Below are positions 28,401 through 42,405 of a DNA stretch of 64,000 nt, one piece after another. The position numbers and the translations under genes are program-made. Source of the DNA: Lingula anatina (taxonomy: Eukaryota > Animalia > Brachiopoda); contig CM120640.1 of assembly GCA_051362555.1 (NCBI GenBank), forward strand, positions 34,119,967 to 34,183,966. Direction: 5' to 3'. Position 1 is the stretch's first letter, and each line of letters begins with the position of its first letter. The notes below the pieces were generated by a model. It was given only the letters and a program-made list of their open reading frames with translations, searched no databases and was not told where the DNA came from.

Positions 28401-28817
28401 TAGATTACAATTTTTTTTTTGCATTTTTTTATAAAATTAAGCTGAAAGCACACAAGTGCAGCTGTTTGTTTGCCTTTAAAATTTTTTTAAAAAAATTCAG
28501 CATGCATGCTTTAAGTTAACTGCTTTAAGAGTAAAAATGCAAAAGGAAGGGACTTGACTGATCTGTTTTCCCCCAGTATTACATTGGTATCAGTATTTTT
28601 CTACCGCACAAAACCCCAGCATGATGAAGAAGTTCACAAAAACAATAAAGCCTACCTTCTTTTTGCTCCAGCTTTTAATACACACTTTGGCACAAGCGCC
28701 AGCAATAGCCGCGCCAACTATAAAACCCAACAAGAAAGCTAAGCCTATCCAAAGGTTATCCGCCTCCCAAGTGTCCTGCTCCTGGTCTATCGTGATGGAC
28801 ACACAGGTGCCCGACAT
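19431..28817 (-). CDS. EVC: EVC-like (Ellis-van Creveld complex subunit 1-like): N-terminal TM anchor plus long coiled coil, about 867 aa
   Basis: 22 phase-consistent coding exons: 28656-28817, 27992-28167, 27568-27652, 26976-27128, 26692-26781, 26399-26473, 26016-26099, 25501-25717, 25053-25201, 24667-24765, 24284-24425, 23641-23708, 23234-23343, 22904-22993, 22552-22654, 22201-22347, 21881-21943, 21336-21511, 20785-20853, 20404-20554, 19933-20023, 19431-19534 (2604 nt). TM LWIGLAFLLGFIVGAAIAGACA. The gene structure is solid; the name is inferred from topology, visible paralogy to the neighbour and the head-to-head position next to an EVC2-like gene. Confidence 0.78.
23804..24208. repeat. 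Near-identical 204-bp tandem duplication (intron of EVC-like gene)
   Basis: tgctgactgtatcaaccagttg... starts at 23804 and again at 24008. Confidence 0.95.
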
Positions 28818-29092
28818 TTTAACTTCTGTTTTCAACGACACCTCGGACTAAGTCTCATTATTTGTGGTAATATAAGAATATGTTCCACAGCACTGAATCG
28901 AGGTTGGTAAACTAGGTTGCGGATTTAATAATCTGAAATCAAATAATAAGTAACTGAGCAGTTTTGATACCTTAAATTGATTTTTATTTCTATAAGTACA
29001 TGCTAAATTATAAATCTGGCAGATATTGGGTTGTCACGTAATTTTTTAATAGTTAAAATAATACCAACTTGAAAGACCTGTCAAAACCTTAC

Positions 29093-29394
29093 TCGTTACT
29101 GCTGAGCAGTGTATCCGTCGCCATGGTGTGACGTCTCGCGATCACCAAATAACGTGAATGGAACACTGTGGAGAGGCAAGGCATTGGAGAACTTGAAACG
29201 GCTACGCACAAGTGCTCGGAAGTATGGTTTCCACAACTGGCGATCAACATAGCCCATTGTTATTATTGTGCAATCTCACACATTTTTGACCTTTTGAGCA
29301 CTTTTATGGAAGCAAAAGAAACTAATATACATTTATAGATATTACGCAAATATATTGCTTGGCGTACGCAAGGGACTGGTGAAAGTGAAAATTG
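29093..29394. promoter_or_regulatory. Bidirectional promoter and 5' leader exons of the EVC-like and EVC2-like genes
   Basis: Minus-strand donor GTAAGG at 29092 (acceptor at 28933); plus-strand donor GTAAGT at 29395 (acceptor at 29705); CpG-rich core gtcgccatggtgtgacgtctcgcgatc at 29117-29143. Confidence 0.65.
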
Positions 29395-29723
29395 GTAAGT
29401 ACGTCTTCTCTGCAAGCAATTACTACATGTAAGTACATGTACCTCATGTGAAGTGAAACTTAAAGTTACATGTGTACACTGTAGCCATCCCTAGCCATCA
29501 AATGTCTTGTTTCTATTTTTTTTTATACTGACCTTTACTGAGAGTTATTCAATGCTTGATACAATACAATCGTTAAAATAATAAATTTGTAGACTAGAAT
29601 TTAGAAATAAATTATTATTGATTTGACATTCAAGCTGACTAAATTAACATTGTAGATGATGGGGATTGCAAAAATCCATCCTATAATATGCATTTATAAT
29701 TTCAGAAAATTGCTATTAGTGAC

Positions 29724-32695
29724 ATGTCGGGGTTGAGGACAAGTTTAATCACTTTCACTCTGGGTGCCTTGGTAGTTGTATCCACAGTCACTAGCATTGC
29801 ACATGCCCTGCCTTCATCTCAGTCATCAAGCAATGTTTCTACTGACTGTATTAGCCTGTCTCAGGTTCAAATATCAACAGACTATGTGGAGAGGCCTGGA
29901 CAAGGTCCAGCAGCTTACACTGGTGACAATGTGACAGTCACCTTTAATGTGTCATTCGGTGCCCTGGATGCCAGTGTTTTTGACTTGGAGGTTGTTTCCC
30001 TGAAGATACCGCATTTCACTTATTCCAATAACTGTGCTTCTGATATCAATAACATTACAACCTGCAATGTCACGTTTCAAAGCTATGTTAAAGTGCTGAA
30101 TACAGAAGTACAAGTTGTAGATGGTGTAGACTTTCTCCAGGCTAACTCAACCACCATTACAACTACACCAAAAGCTGTTGATTTTTCATGGGGATCAAAC
30201 TTTGCCGATTATGGGAATTTCTCCAATACTACTCTACAGTTTACTGTAGTACTGAGAGTAAATGAGTCTGCGACACCAGCAACATCATATAACTTCACTG
30301 CTACAGTTAATACAACATGTGATGCCTTGGATTATGGAGTGGTGTCGTCTTCCAAATCTCTGTTCATTGGGAAGGTGGATGTCCTCATCAATGTGTTCTC
30401 CAATCCACAGAAAGTGCAAGCTGGGGATACAGCACACTTTTGGATTTACATTAGGCCAGCAGAGTCTGTGCTTGGAAATTTAACTGTCAATCAGGTATGG
30501 ATTAAGAACTCCAATTTAATAAAATGCATAAATTTATATTTTTGTCAGTTGGTTAAGGAGAATGCATCCAAAGTTGTGTTGCAACAGCTAGTGTCTTGAT
30601 TTAAATTTTGAATTAACACTGCTTATATGTTCTTTTAAGAAAATCAAGATCAACATTTATACAGCATAATATTTTATCACTATCATGTTAAACTCATCAT
30701 GGGATGAAAAATTCTCAATGAATTGTTATTAAATTAGCAAATGACAGATATTTAATTACCAGACACTTATTCACTGTGTATTAAACATGTTATCATTTTT
30801 TCAGTGGATTTTGATTTAAAGAAAAAGAATAAAATCTTGGTCTTGATACGTTTATCCATTAAATCTTTTGTCTTGATCTAATTGTTAAGTTAACACTGTG
30901 TCTCCATATTTATTATGTAATGATCTGTACTTGTTGATAACTAGAGCAGTATTATGTAATCATTATTGATAAGTATACCTGTGCTGCTAGTCTTTGTGAA
31001 AACACCAACGGGATACTGGAAAAATATCAATACTTGGACATTAAGATAATACTGGTTCACTCTCTTCTACTCTCTCTGAGTGGTATAAAAACACTAACCT
31101 GGCCACATATTACATGTACGTCATGAACAATTATATCTAATAAAATTATTCAATACATTTTTTTATTTTAGATTAAAGTTAACTTGGGTCAACATACCAA
31201 TTTCGTTGCTGCATCCCTGGCGGCTCCAACAATGACAAATCTCTCCATATCAGAGAATGTCTTAACCACTACTGGATTTTCCATTGGTGTCCTGGGACAT
31301 GGTCCGAGCCTGGATGCCAATGTTGATGTCAATGTGACTGTCAAAGATACTATTCCTCTTGGTGGTGTTGCTTTTGGTGGCGCTGTTACAGTCTGTGCCA
31401 CTTTGAGTTTCACAGGAGCTAAAGCTGATGGTATGTGAAAACTGTATGTGTTTTGTTACAACAGATTGCATACCCTCCCAAACCTGATATAGATATGAAA
31501 ATAGAAAAACTTTTGTAGGCTAGTTTAAAAGTTGTAACTTTGGTGACTGTCCAAATTGTACCTAAAAAGGTAAAAAAAGCTCAACATGGTCTTAAGTGAA
31601 AATTAAAAATAAAAAAATCTAGGTTGTGATAGAGTGCATATGTTCTAAATTAAGCTTGGTTGATTTTTATGATGTAATATTATTATCAGTCAGATATCAT
31701 GTTGAGTTTTAGAGCATTGGTGAGACCTTTCCTCTTCACAATATATAATATATGTCACTTTTCAAAAATCAAAATATCATTGAAAGGTTATAATATTTAT
31801 CCATTTATATCTAGGGTCCATAATACCATCCTCTGGGCCATCAGTACTGTGTGATACAGTGCCCAGTGCTGACCTGACTCTACAGACTGGCAGTAGCACA
31901 CTGGGACTGGGAAGTACCACTAATATTGGCCAAGTAGTGGAAGCTACAGCTAGAGTCACAGTGCCAAAAGGAGTTTTGGAAAATGTGAAATTTGAGCTAG
32001 GTAATGAATTGACAGTATGGAAGATGAAAACAAAATAAAAAACAAACAAACAAACAAACAAACAAACAAAAAATTTTGCAGACTTCTTTGTCATCATAGT
32101 AAAATTATAGATTGATGATTTTGAATAAATTGAAAGATTTTGTTTCAGAAAGTGATACACCTCTGCCTCACCAAACCAGCTTTCTCCAAAGTCACAGCAC
32201 ATTTTGTCTCTTCAGTCATTTATTTGTACACATGTTTAGTGCATTTTATATGATTTACTCATATAAATCATCTGAAAATGTAGAATAAATTGAAATGTTA
32301 TTCTGTACTATACAGACTAATATTATGCAAGTTAATTAACATGTTATAATATGTCTGTTTTTTCAGCAATAACATCTGACAGCGGCAGTTGCGTCCCTGT
32401 CAAGTTTGTCAAAGGCACACTGACACACCCAGCTGGCGTCACAGTATCAGGACCCACAGATATTACCGAGAGTGGTTTCACGGTCACGGGACTGTCTTGC
32501 AGCAGAAAGAGGAGAAATGCAGAGCTGTTATCTCGTGTGAAAAGAGCTCCTGTCACTGTCACTGGACAATTTTTTCTTGGAAATATAGCCAACCCTGCAT
32601 CCAGAGGGAGTAATGCTGTCTTACTGGGCAAAGTAAGTGTTGATTTTATATTCTTTATCCTATTATACTGTCCAGGATAACAGATGATTCTTTAC

Positions 32696-32752
<57 letters not shown>

Positions 32753-32804
32753 GTGATCATGATGATGATGATGATGACAATAATAATAATAATAATAATA
32801 ATAA

Positions 32805-32835
<31 letters not shown>

Positions 32836-35800
32836 AAGAGAAGAGTGAGATTAGATTTTCCTGGTTTGCTTTTCTTCTTAAACTAAAATTAGATGAATCA
32901 AAACATATACTTTGAAAATCCTATATTTCTCCTCTCCAGATCCACTACTGGGTTCCTACCAATGCACCAACAGCCAACTTGGCAGTGACTGGATCAGTGG
33001 AGATTAATGGATATTCCATGATGCTTGGCAGCGATTCCACACAGATTACCCAACCAGTACTTCTCATTAATAAGACAGCACAGGTGAAGTATAAATAGTC
33101 GAAAAAAAAATTTAAAAGTTAGTGTGCTTTGCATTTGATTAATAAAACAGCACAGGGTAAGGAATAAAATAGTTGGAAAAAATAAATTTAGACACAACAA
33201 TACATCTTGGTTAATATATATCATTTGTCTGTCTCCAGATGTACAATGCCACTGCCAATCCTGACCATATTCTTATCAACGTCACAGTGATGCATGCGCC
33301 TTCCTCTACTGGTCCTGCTTATAATGTCAAACTTGTGGAAGATGCCAGGAAATTGAGAGTGTTCTTTTCCGCCATGACCCCTCCAACCTCTCAGCTGACC
33401 TCTATCCAGAATGACCAGATAATGACCTGGACTAAGTCTGTACTGAATGGTAATTAAATAAATGACCTCTTTTGTTAAGTAATATAAAACTTTATGTGCT
33501 TATACTCCAGCCATTCACAATATTTATATATCCTTCATCCCAAGGAGAATGAGATTCATGAAAGATATATATATATATGTGTGTGTGTTGATTAGTATTT
33601 GACAATTCAAATTTGCTTTTATTTATGCCAAACACAAATTGATTTACAATTTTAATTCAACTGATTACCACAAAACCAAAAAGGTAATACCAATGATTGA
33701 TTGATTGATGAGATTACTAAACTACAGATGGCCATCAGTTATGCAATAAAAGAATTTGGTTGGGCTGCAAAAATAAAAGTTGGACTGACAGGTGAATGTT
33801 ATTTTATGATGAGTCCATTATCGTATCTATGTATTTTAAGGAACATCGCTATTATTGTTGTCATTTCTAATTGCAATATCTTTTATAGTTGGAGATGTGA
33901 TGTTCATGAGTTATGAAGCATATCCTAGCAACAATGGAGATGACTTGGTCAAACTGGGCGACACGTACTTTCCAGCAACTCTGACGTATGATAGCTATGA
34001 CCCAACAAGTTACACTGGACTAACAGTGAGTTATGATAGTGATATATTAATGCTTGGAGTATTTTTTTATTAACTACTTTTTAAAGTGGACTTTATTTAA
34101 TTGAGTCTTTCAGTATAGAGAGAAAAGATAGAAAGCTGACAAAAATTTCTTATTCTTTGTGAGGTCTACTTGACAAGAAAATTATAGGGCTGTTAGTACA
34201 ATTTAAAAAAATGCTAAAAATTATATGTGGGCTGAGGAAAGTCACCAGACCTTTCACATTAAATGTTTTGTCTTAGTATCCCATCTGTTGTGTTCTGTTT
34301 TGAGAGGTTTTTAATTACTGCTTTTGAAATGAAATAGCCCAGATATTATGTTTTAAAATAACCGAAAACGGCCTTTTCACACTTACCACGGCCAATTTTA
34401 ATTAAAATTTTTATTAAAATAAACAAGCTAGTTTTAGCACACTAATGCCTTTCTCACTGTCCACCATATTGCAATTGTGATAAAGAGCTTAATATGCTCC
34501 AGGTAGAATTTCCACCCAAACAGTAACTAACTTGTAAAAGCTGGTCAAGTCCCCCATAGCATTATTATATTGTAACTCTCTCAAAATGGAATGCTACAGA
34601 ATACTATATGAAGTGAGAGAAATTGCTCGATGTGAACATAAAGGTGTAAAGTCTGTGTTCTGAAACTGGATGATCAGCTCTAAGTATCAGTCCTTCTTTT
34701 TCAGGTATCCCCACAGAGCAGTACATTGACAACCAATGCTTGTGCCACAAGACTGGTAAATGAAATCAAAAATGTAAGTTTAAAGAATTAATTAATTTTC
34801 ATTAGTCTCTAAAAAATAACGAAAAATAAAATTGACTTACGCAAATGCATTGGTGTTCATTGGAGTAAGGGATATATAAAAAAGCCTCATGATTTATTTA
34901 CTTTGTCACTCTTTAGCACACACATCAGAGTAATAGTTATTCAGAAGTAAAAGAAATAATTACTATTTCAGCTGAATCAGAGTCTCTCAATATTCTTGGC
35001 TTTTAGATCATTTTTATTGTATTTGTCTGTACTCTTGGGTTGCTCTGTAGTTGATATTACATTTATTAAATATTTTTTTTCTTTTATTTCAGTTGCTGTA
35101 TCAGCATGGTTTGACAGCCCTGTCATTTTTCCTGGCCTTGCTGCTGGGGGCAGCCATTGTGTTCTTGATAGTTGTGGTGTATGTTAAAGTAGCAAAGAAC
35201 GGCATTGGGAATGAAGTTGCCCCATCCACAGACAATGTGAGTGAACTTTCAGGGCATTGTAATAAAATGGCCATTACTTGTATTTGAATATTAATTAAAG
35301 GTGTGATGAATGCTGGGAGAATATATGACAGGCAGAAGTCAGTACAGTTATAAGACTTGTATGGTTCATTATCAGTTGATATTTTGAGACTTTTCTTTCC
35401 ATTTTGTAAATGGTAAGAGATGCAGTATTTGACAAATCTTTTTTATTGCCATTTTGTGTATTTTACGTTCTTTTAAGATAAATAATGAAATTCTTTTGAT
35501 TACAGCTGCGGCATGGCCTGATAACAAATGCAAACCAAGCCATGAAGAAAGGCTATAAGAATATCAAGGATCAAAGGTTGGCATTGGCAATTTTTCAAAT
35601 AGTCACCATTTATTTTAATAATTCTGCAGTAACATACATTTTTCTGATTAATACATAAGTTTTTAGAGAGTTTTTTTTTTTTTTTACAAATTTTGCTCAG
35701 TATTTAGACAGTCAGTCAACAATGTCAGCATTATTATTAATTTCATAATACAAAATCATTCATTCACAGGAATATTTTGATATATGTAAATTGTTTTGTA

Positions 35801-38800
35801 ATTTTTTAATTTCTATTTATTTCAGCACTGTTGATGAAGAAGAAAGTTTGGTTGTTATTCACTGTATGGGAGATCCATTGCAGAAGAACAGAGCTCTAGA
35901 CAGGTGGGGACTTCTAGAACTGAATCAAATATGATAATATATCTGAAACTGTCGAGCATTAAGACTTCTGTCCCATGCACCTAGATTGAGGCCTATCCAT
36001 TAAATACTACAGCCAATGGATCAGTGTTTCTTTCCATGGGCAGGTGAACTGCTTTGAGCTCCAATGGGGGCTGCCCTGGCACTGTGCTTAAAATAATAAT
36101 AATAATGATAATACATTTAAAGCCCTGCACACATACCTGTAGGACCACATTGGAAATAAGTGTGAGAAATTTCATGTGTCATCATCGGATTTTTTTATTT
36201 AAAATGTGAATATTTTGAAAGAGAAATATATCTGGAATTGTTTTCTTTTTATTCTTCAGCATTGACATTGCATCTACCATCACAACTGATACAGAAATTG
36301 AGAAGCAGCGTTACAATGCTTCACAGCAAGCTTTAACCATGCTTATTGAGAGTTTGAGAAAAAATGGTGACATCAGTCGCCAAAAGGAAGAAGCTGCCCT
36401 GAAGGAGTTTATGAGGAAAGTCAAAGAAATGGAAGCTAGCATGGAGAATCAGTACAAAGTTGCCATGGAGGAGGTGTTTAGAATGATTAGTATAAAGAAT
36501 AAGGTAAATTCCCAAGCTTATCTTCACAGAATTGTGGATTCACTTATTTTGTACTTTATTTGTTAAAATTTGACCAGGCGATTTAATTTTCAGAAGTTTT
36601 ATTAAAATTGGGAGGGGAGGGGAATAAAATTATTTTTACAGATGGACTGTTCTTGTTGAAAAATATATCATAGTATAATTTTTTGCTTCCAATGATTATA
36701 CTACTGTGGTGTGCTGTTATATATATTCCAGTCATACGCATGTTTTACGTTTCATTTTAATTATTTCATAGGAACAAATAACAATCATTTTGAAGAAACA
36801 AAAAGAAGAAAAGGATAAATTGGAGAGACAGATGAATACTGCCTCCGAAGAGGTAATTATTAAATTCAGTAGAGGAACACACCAGTATTTCACTGTCTTA
36901 GTGTTCTAGATTTAATATTAAAACACGACAATGACTGATGAAAATGAATATTTCTTTGTGATCTTTTGGCATTTGGAATGTGATACAAAGTAAAATGCAC
37001 CACCCAGTTTTGCTTTCATTTTTTCACAATAAATTATTGAACCAAAAAAAAAAGAAAAAGAAAGAGTTCAGGCATTGAAACAGGGCAAGCAGAACAAGAA
37101 ATATGTTAGATTTTTAAAATTTGTCACTTATGTCACTCCACATCATTTTAAAATAATCATATTTATACAATTTAAGGAGAAAGCAGAAGTGTTTGAAATA
37201 CTGAGAAAAGAGCATGATATTCAGCAGCAAGATGCAGTCCATTTACTCAAACTTGAACAGGATGAGGAGTCGGAGAAACTAAGGAAGGTATGTAAAAGTT
37301 ATCAAACCACACAGTTTGAGGCATTCTGTGTTTTCCAAAACTGAACCCAATTTGGACACATATATTTGAAATATTATTTAAACTGTAATGGGATCAGTGA
37401 GTAATTGAAAGTCAACACTTATTGCCCAGGAAAAAATTGATATGACAGAGTAGTGAACAAAATGTTCCTCTTACATTTATTTAAAAGAACTTGTTATTTA
37501 TCGGATAAAAGCAGTGTATCTTATGTTCACTTCAATAGGTTTTTAATAGTGTGTGTTCTTTTTTCAGGAATTTTCTATTAAAAAGAGAGCTGCAGTTAAA
37601 GATATACAAAGGCAATGTCTGTCACAGATTGTTGAACAAGGAGAACTGAACCAACAGCAAGCTGACTGGATAATAAATGAGCATCAGAAAAACCAGGAGA
37701 AGGTACAAAGTTGCTTCTGTCTATAAAAATGTAGAAATTCTGTTGTCAGAAGCTTGGGACATAAACTGATAATTCCTTATTTATTGATTTAAATTTTGCC
37801 TGCTCATTGTCAGTAGTGGTAAAGAATTATTTTATTCATTATATTATTCTATATAATCTATTCAAATCAACATATTAGGGTTTTAATGTTAATTTTAAGG
37901 TGGATGCCACCTGTGATAATTAGGTATCCAGACAAATACAAATGTTGACTTTTGATCAAGGCATTAGCTTCACTTAATTTTTTGTCAAATTTCAAGGTTG
38001 ATAAGATCTATGATGATGAGGTATCCAGACAGAGAGCCGCACTGGAGGAGAAGTTGACCAGACGAAGGATGCTGGCCAGTATGGCGGATGGCGAGGAGGA
38101 TGAGTATAGCGAGGTGCTGAACACGTTGGCAGAGCAGGAATTGCAAGTGGTGCAAAAGTTGGAAAAGTAAGTTGTGTACTTTTTTTAATTGGGCAACTTC
38201 AAATTGGCAACTTCAAAATATCAGCTTGTCTATGTTCCTTTCAGTATAGGCATGCTGATGATAGGGAGACAAGTTTGGAGTGTCCCATGAATCTCAGGGC
38301 GCCTCAAGTGCATGTCTAATAAAATTGAAATGCTATAGCGTGGATGATTGTTATGTCAAATTTTTACGTTTTTATTTTAATTGTGAAATGGTAAAAATGA
38401 TAAAAACTGTGAAAAAACTAGAGAACAAAAAAATGTTTCACTTGTTAAGTTAAATTTTATTGTAGGTGAATGCAGATTAGCAAATAAAGTTTCATAAATG
38501 ATTTTCCAGGCATTAATGAACTCTTGGGTTAATTTTAAAATTGCCTCTATAATTTAAACCTTAGCTAGCTTATTTGGCTGGTAGAAATATCTTTGATCTC
38601 ATTTTTTTCATTCTGACCAAGAACCTTGACATCAAAATTTAATGTTTAACAGATAAGAGTGAATTTCTTGTAAAAAGACTTAAAATGTCTTTGACCAATG
38701 AGTCAATTGTTTAAGCAATTATTATACAAAAGGCTATTTGACTTAATGAAAATTTACTTTATCTTTTAGACAAGAAATAATGGATGAAGATGATGCAGAA

Positions 38801-41800
38801 CGATACAGAGAGGAAATTGCAAGGGAGATGCTAGCAGCCAAGAACAGATATGACACTGAACGTGCCAGACAGGAAGCTGAGTTAAAGAAGAGATTGAGAG
38901 AAGCTAAGAAACAAAAGTTGGCTGAGAAGGTATAATAATGACTAAGATTTATCAAAGATTTTATCTGTTACGAGAGTTTTTCATATTTTTAAAATTTCAT
39001 GTTGGTTGTCACTTGATTTATATAGTCTAAATGCTGTTTTTATCACTGCCAAGGTAAAAAACTGAATTTGAGTAATATTTGATGTGCATCAATACTTTTG
39101 CTGAGAACATGCAATCATTTCTACCATTACAAAAGGAAAATGATTTATTTTCAGGCAAAATTCCAACAACAAGAATTGGTTGAGTTACAAAAGAAACAAA
39201 AAGAAGAACAGGCACAGGACAATGTTGGTAAGGTGTCTGCATATTGAAAGATTGATGGAAGATGCCTCTAATAATCATAAACTTTAGTGCAATAATATAA
39301 TAACTAGTAAGACACAAAAATATTTTCCATTTTGATAAATGATTTATTCTGTAAAGGAGTAGCTCAAACTAGTTCACTGTTGAAGTGTGTCTGTCCAACC
39401 ATTTTATCTTCTAATTGAATGTATTTTTCAATTTTTAGATCCTATAGCTCTAATAGAAAAACAAGCAATAATGACTTCAAAACACAGGGCTGAGATGACA
39501 GAGCTAGAAAATCAAATTGACCTAGAACAGACAAGAGAACTTCTGACATTACGTGAAAAAGTCACAGACGAGACAAAAGAACAATTAGAAACCAACCGCC
39601 AAGCATTTTTGGATAAGTTGAAGAATAACGGCTTCATGGAGGATGACCAAATCAAACAGATACTTAAACAGCACAATTTACAATTGAATAAGCTTGAGCT
39701 GGCACAACAGACTGATAGAGAGAAGCAGCAAGAAAACTTACAGGTATGTAATGAACAAAAAATAGGCAATATCATTTAGTACTTTATACACTGTATACCT
39801 GTGTAATTTTGTGTCTGTGAGAAATTTAAAGAGAAGAATTCTGTATGTTTATTTGCTTAATGTCTTATTTCATTGTTACAGTATTCAGTGTCTGATTGTG
39901 ATATTGTGATCATTAACATATATATTTTACTATTCAAATTTATTGCAGAGAAAGTTAAAAGAAAAGAAAAAAGAGTTGCAACAAAGAAGAGAAGCAGAAA
40001 AGCTGGAGCAAGAACAAATCAGAGAATATGAAAAGAATCTGACAAAGTAAGTTAATAGGTTAAATTACATTCTCATATTAAAATTATAAGTTTGCTGAAA
40101 ATAATGACAGCCCATCCTTTGTTTATATTCTTCTTTTTTTGATAATTAAAATCAGTTTTTAAATTAATGGTTAGCACAGAAGGGCAAGAAACTTACTAAA
40201 AAGATATTGAAGGATATCAGCATTACAACTGTACTTTCTCTTGATTTGAGAGAGATAACATTTAGATTGTATATGACATTGTGTGATTATTTGACAGAAA
40301 ACAACAACAAAAATTGTTTTTAAGACATTTGTCACTGCTTTTTCATAAACATATAAGTTAGAGGTTCATTGCTTTTAATTACAGGAAAATGCTTGATAAC
40401 CAAGTTGCAGTATCTGATGAAGAGAGAGATAGGATTATGAAGGAACATGAGAAACAAATGGTGAAGCTGGAAAATTCACTGACTCTCAATAAACTGCACC
40501 AGAAGAGAATGTTGGAGAAAAAGTTGACTGAAAAAAGAGCAAAGCATATGGAAACACTTGAGAAGAAGCAGTTAAAAGAAACAAAGGTAGAGAGTTTAAC
40601 ATTTTAAAATACAGAATCCTACTTTTTAAAAAAAGTTGCATACTCATTTTATTACATTTATCCATTTTATTTCAGTCAATTTTCTAGAATTATTCAAGAA
40701 TTCTTCACAGATATCTGATAATTAATTTTTGTTTCTTATAGAGAGTGGAAAAGAAACTGAAGACTGCTGATGAGGAGGAAGAGGAACAACACCAAGCAGC
40801 CATTGCTCTGATGAGAAAACACGCTGAACAGAAACTGGCTGTTCTTCAGGGAGACAAATTAAAACTGGAAGAAGAAATGGAGCAGGTAAAAATATTTGGC
40901 TTCCAAATGAGGTGCTATGAAATTCTTACTAGTCACTGTAAACACATACAAACCATGCTAATACTTTAATGTGAACAATTTAATGAAGAAAATTCTAGTT
41001 CTTGGTTACTTTTTCCAGGGAAATCTGATATCTCTTTCTCAGGACCCAATAACATCTGTTATAATTTTTTTTCAATTTGATTGAAGAACTTTGTGTTAAA
41101 GCAATAATATTCAATTAAAAGAAGTTTTTAAAATGTTTAAGGGGTCTGTTTATGACTCTTTTAAATTGTGTTGGAGAATATCACATGAAATCCTTAAAAC
41201 TGCAAGATCCATGGGTTACAACACTTGCATTTCAGTCCTTGTTTGAGTCCCATGTATTTGTTCATTATTGACTCAAACAGGGAGCCTTGGAAAAGAGATG
41301 TGTATGACTCACAGAAAGTTGTGTTTGTTCTAGATACGCGAAGATATGATCAAGGAGCGTGCTGCTGCTCTAAAAGCTCAAGAGGACCAGCTGGGAGCCA
41401 TGGTAGCAGAAATGCAGCTGAAGAAGGCAGAAGAGGTAAATTTATGTGCAACTGAGAACAGAATAAACTGTCTCAGCAAAAATCTGCAAAGGAAAATTAA
41501 AAGTATAGATTAAATTTGAAACAGGCCATGTTATGTTTTTTTTCAAAACCTACCCATTTTCTGTAATTTTAGTGATTGCCTGATTTTTTATGATGTGGGA
41601 CCTTTAAACATGCAGAAAAAAGTTTTTTTTTTCAATCAGACACTTATTTTCAGCTTTTAAACTAAATAGGATGAATGTAGGATGAATTTTCCAATAAGAC
41701 TGCACAAAATTTTTATACAGAACTTAGTAAGCAATAGAAAATTAATAAATTTGGATTTTCCTTTCAATGTGTATATGAATTTTAAAAGAATCTTTTTTTT

Positions 41801-42145
41801 TTTTATTTTCAGCTATCTAAAATTGATCAACAACAGAAGGCTATTTTCAACTTAAAATCCAGTTTAATGGAGGAGCTAAACACCCAGGGAGTAATGTCTG
41901 ACCCTGACACTCAGCGTGTGCTGGAGAAACACCAGGAACAGCAGGAACAATTGAATAAAAAGCTGGAGCAACAAAAAGAAAGGCAACAGAGGGTATGTTT
42001 TGAATATGCAATTGTAACAAAGATAACCAGACATTTTCTGCATGTCCAAAGGTCCCACTTCATAAAAAAAATCAGGCAATCACAGGCTGAATTCTGTTAT
42101 TTACATATGAAGTGTCACTTTAAAGTAAATCTGCATTCTGGTACT

Positions 42146-42189
<44 letters not shown>

Positions 42190-42351
42190 CTGCTTTTCAG
42201 TTTATTTCATAATTTGTTTATATTGATGTATTTGGTTAAAATTGTACTGGAAGTGTGTTTGTTTTATTAATGATCAGTAAATTTTAATGATAGTCAACAA
42301 ATGTTTTCAGTGTCATTTCTTTATAAATTATTTAGCTAATATTGTTTTAAA

Positions 42352-42405
<54 letters not shown>

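Noticed and set aside
29724-30599. 291-aa ORF as a standalone secreted or horizontally acquired adhesin gene
   Set aside because: It has a donor at 30494 and splices in phase through to the EVC2-like TM and coiled-coil exons.
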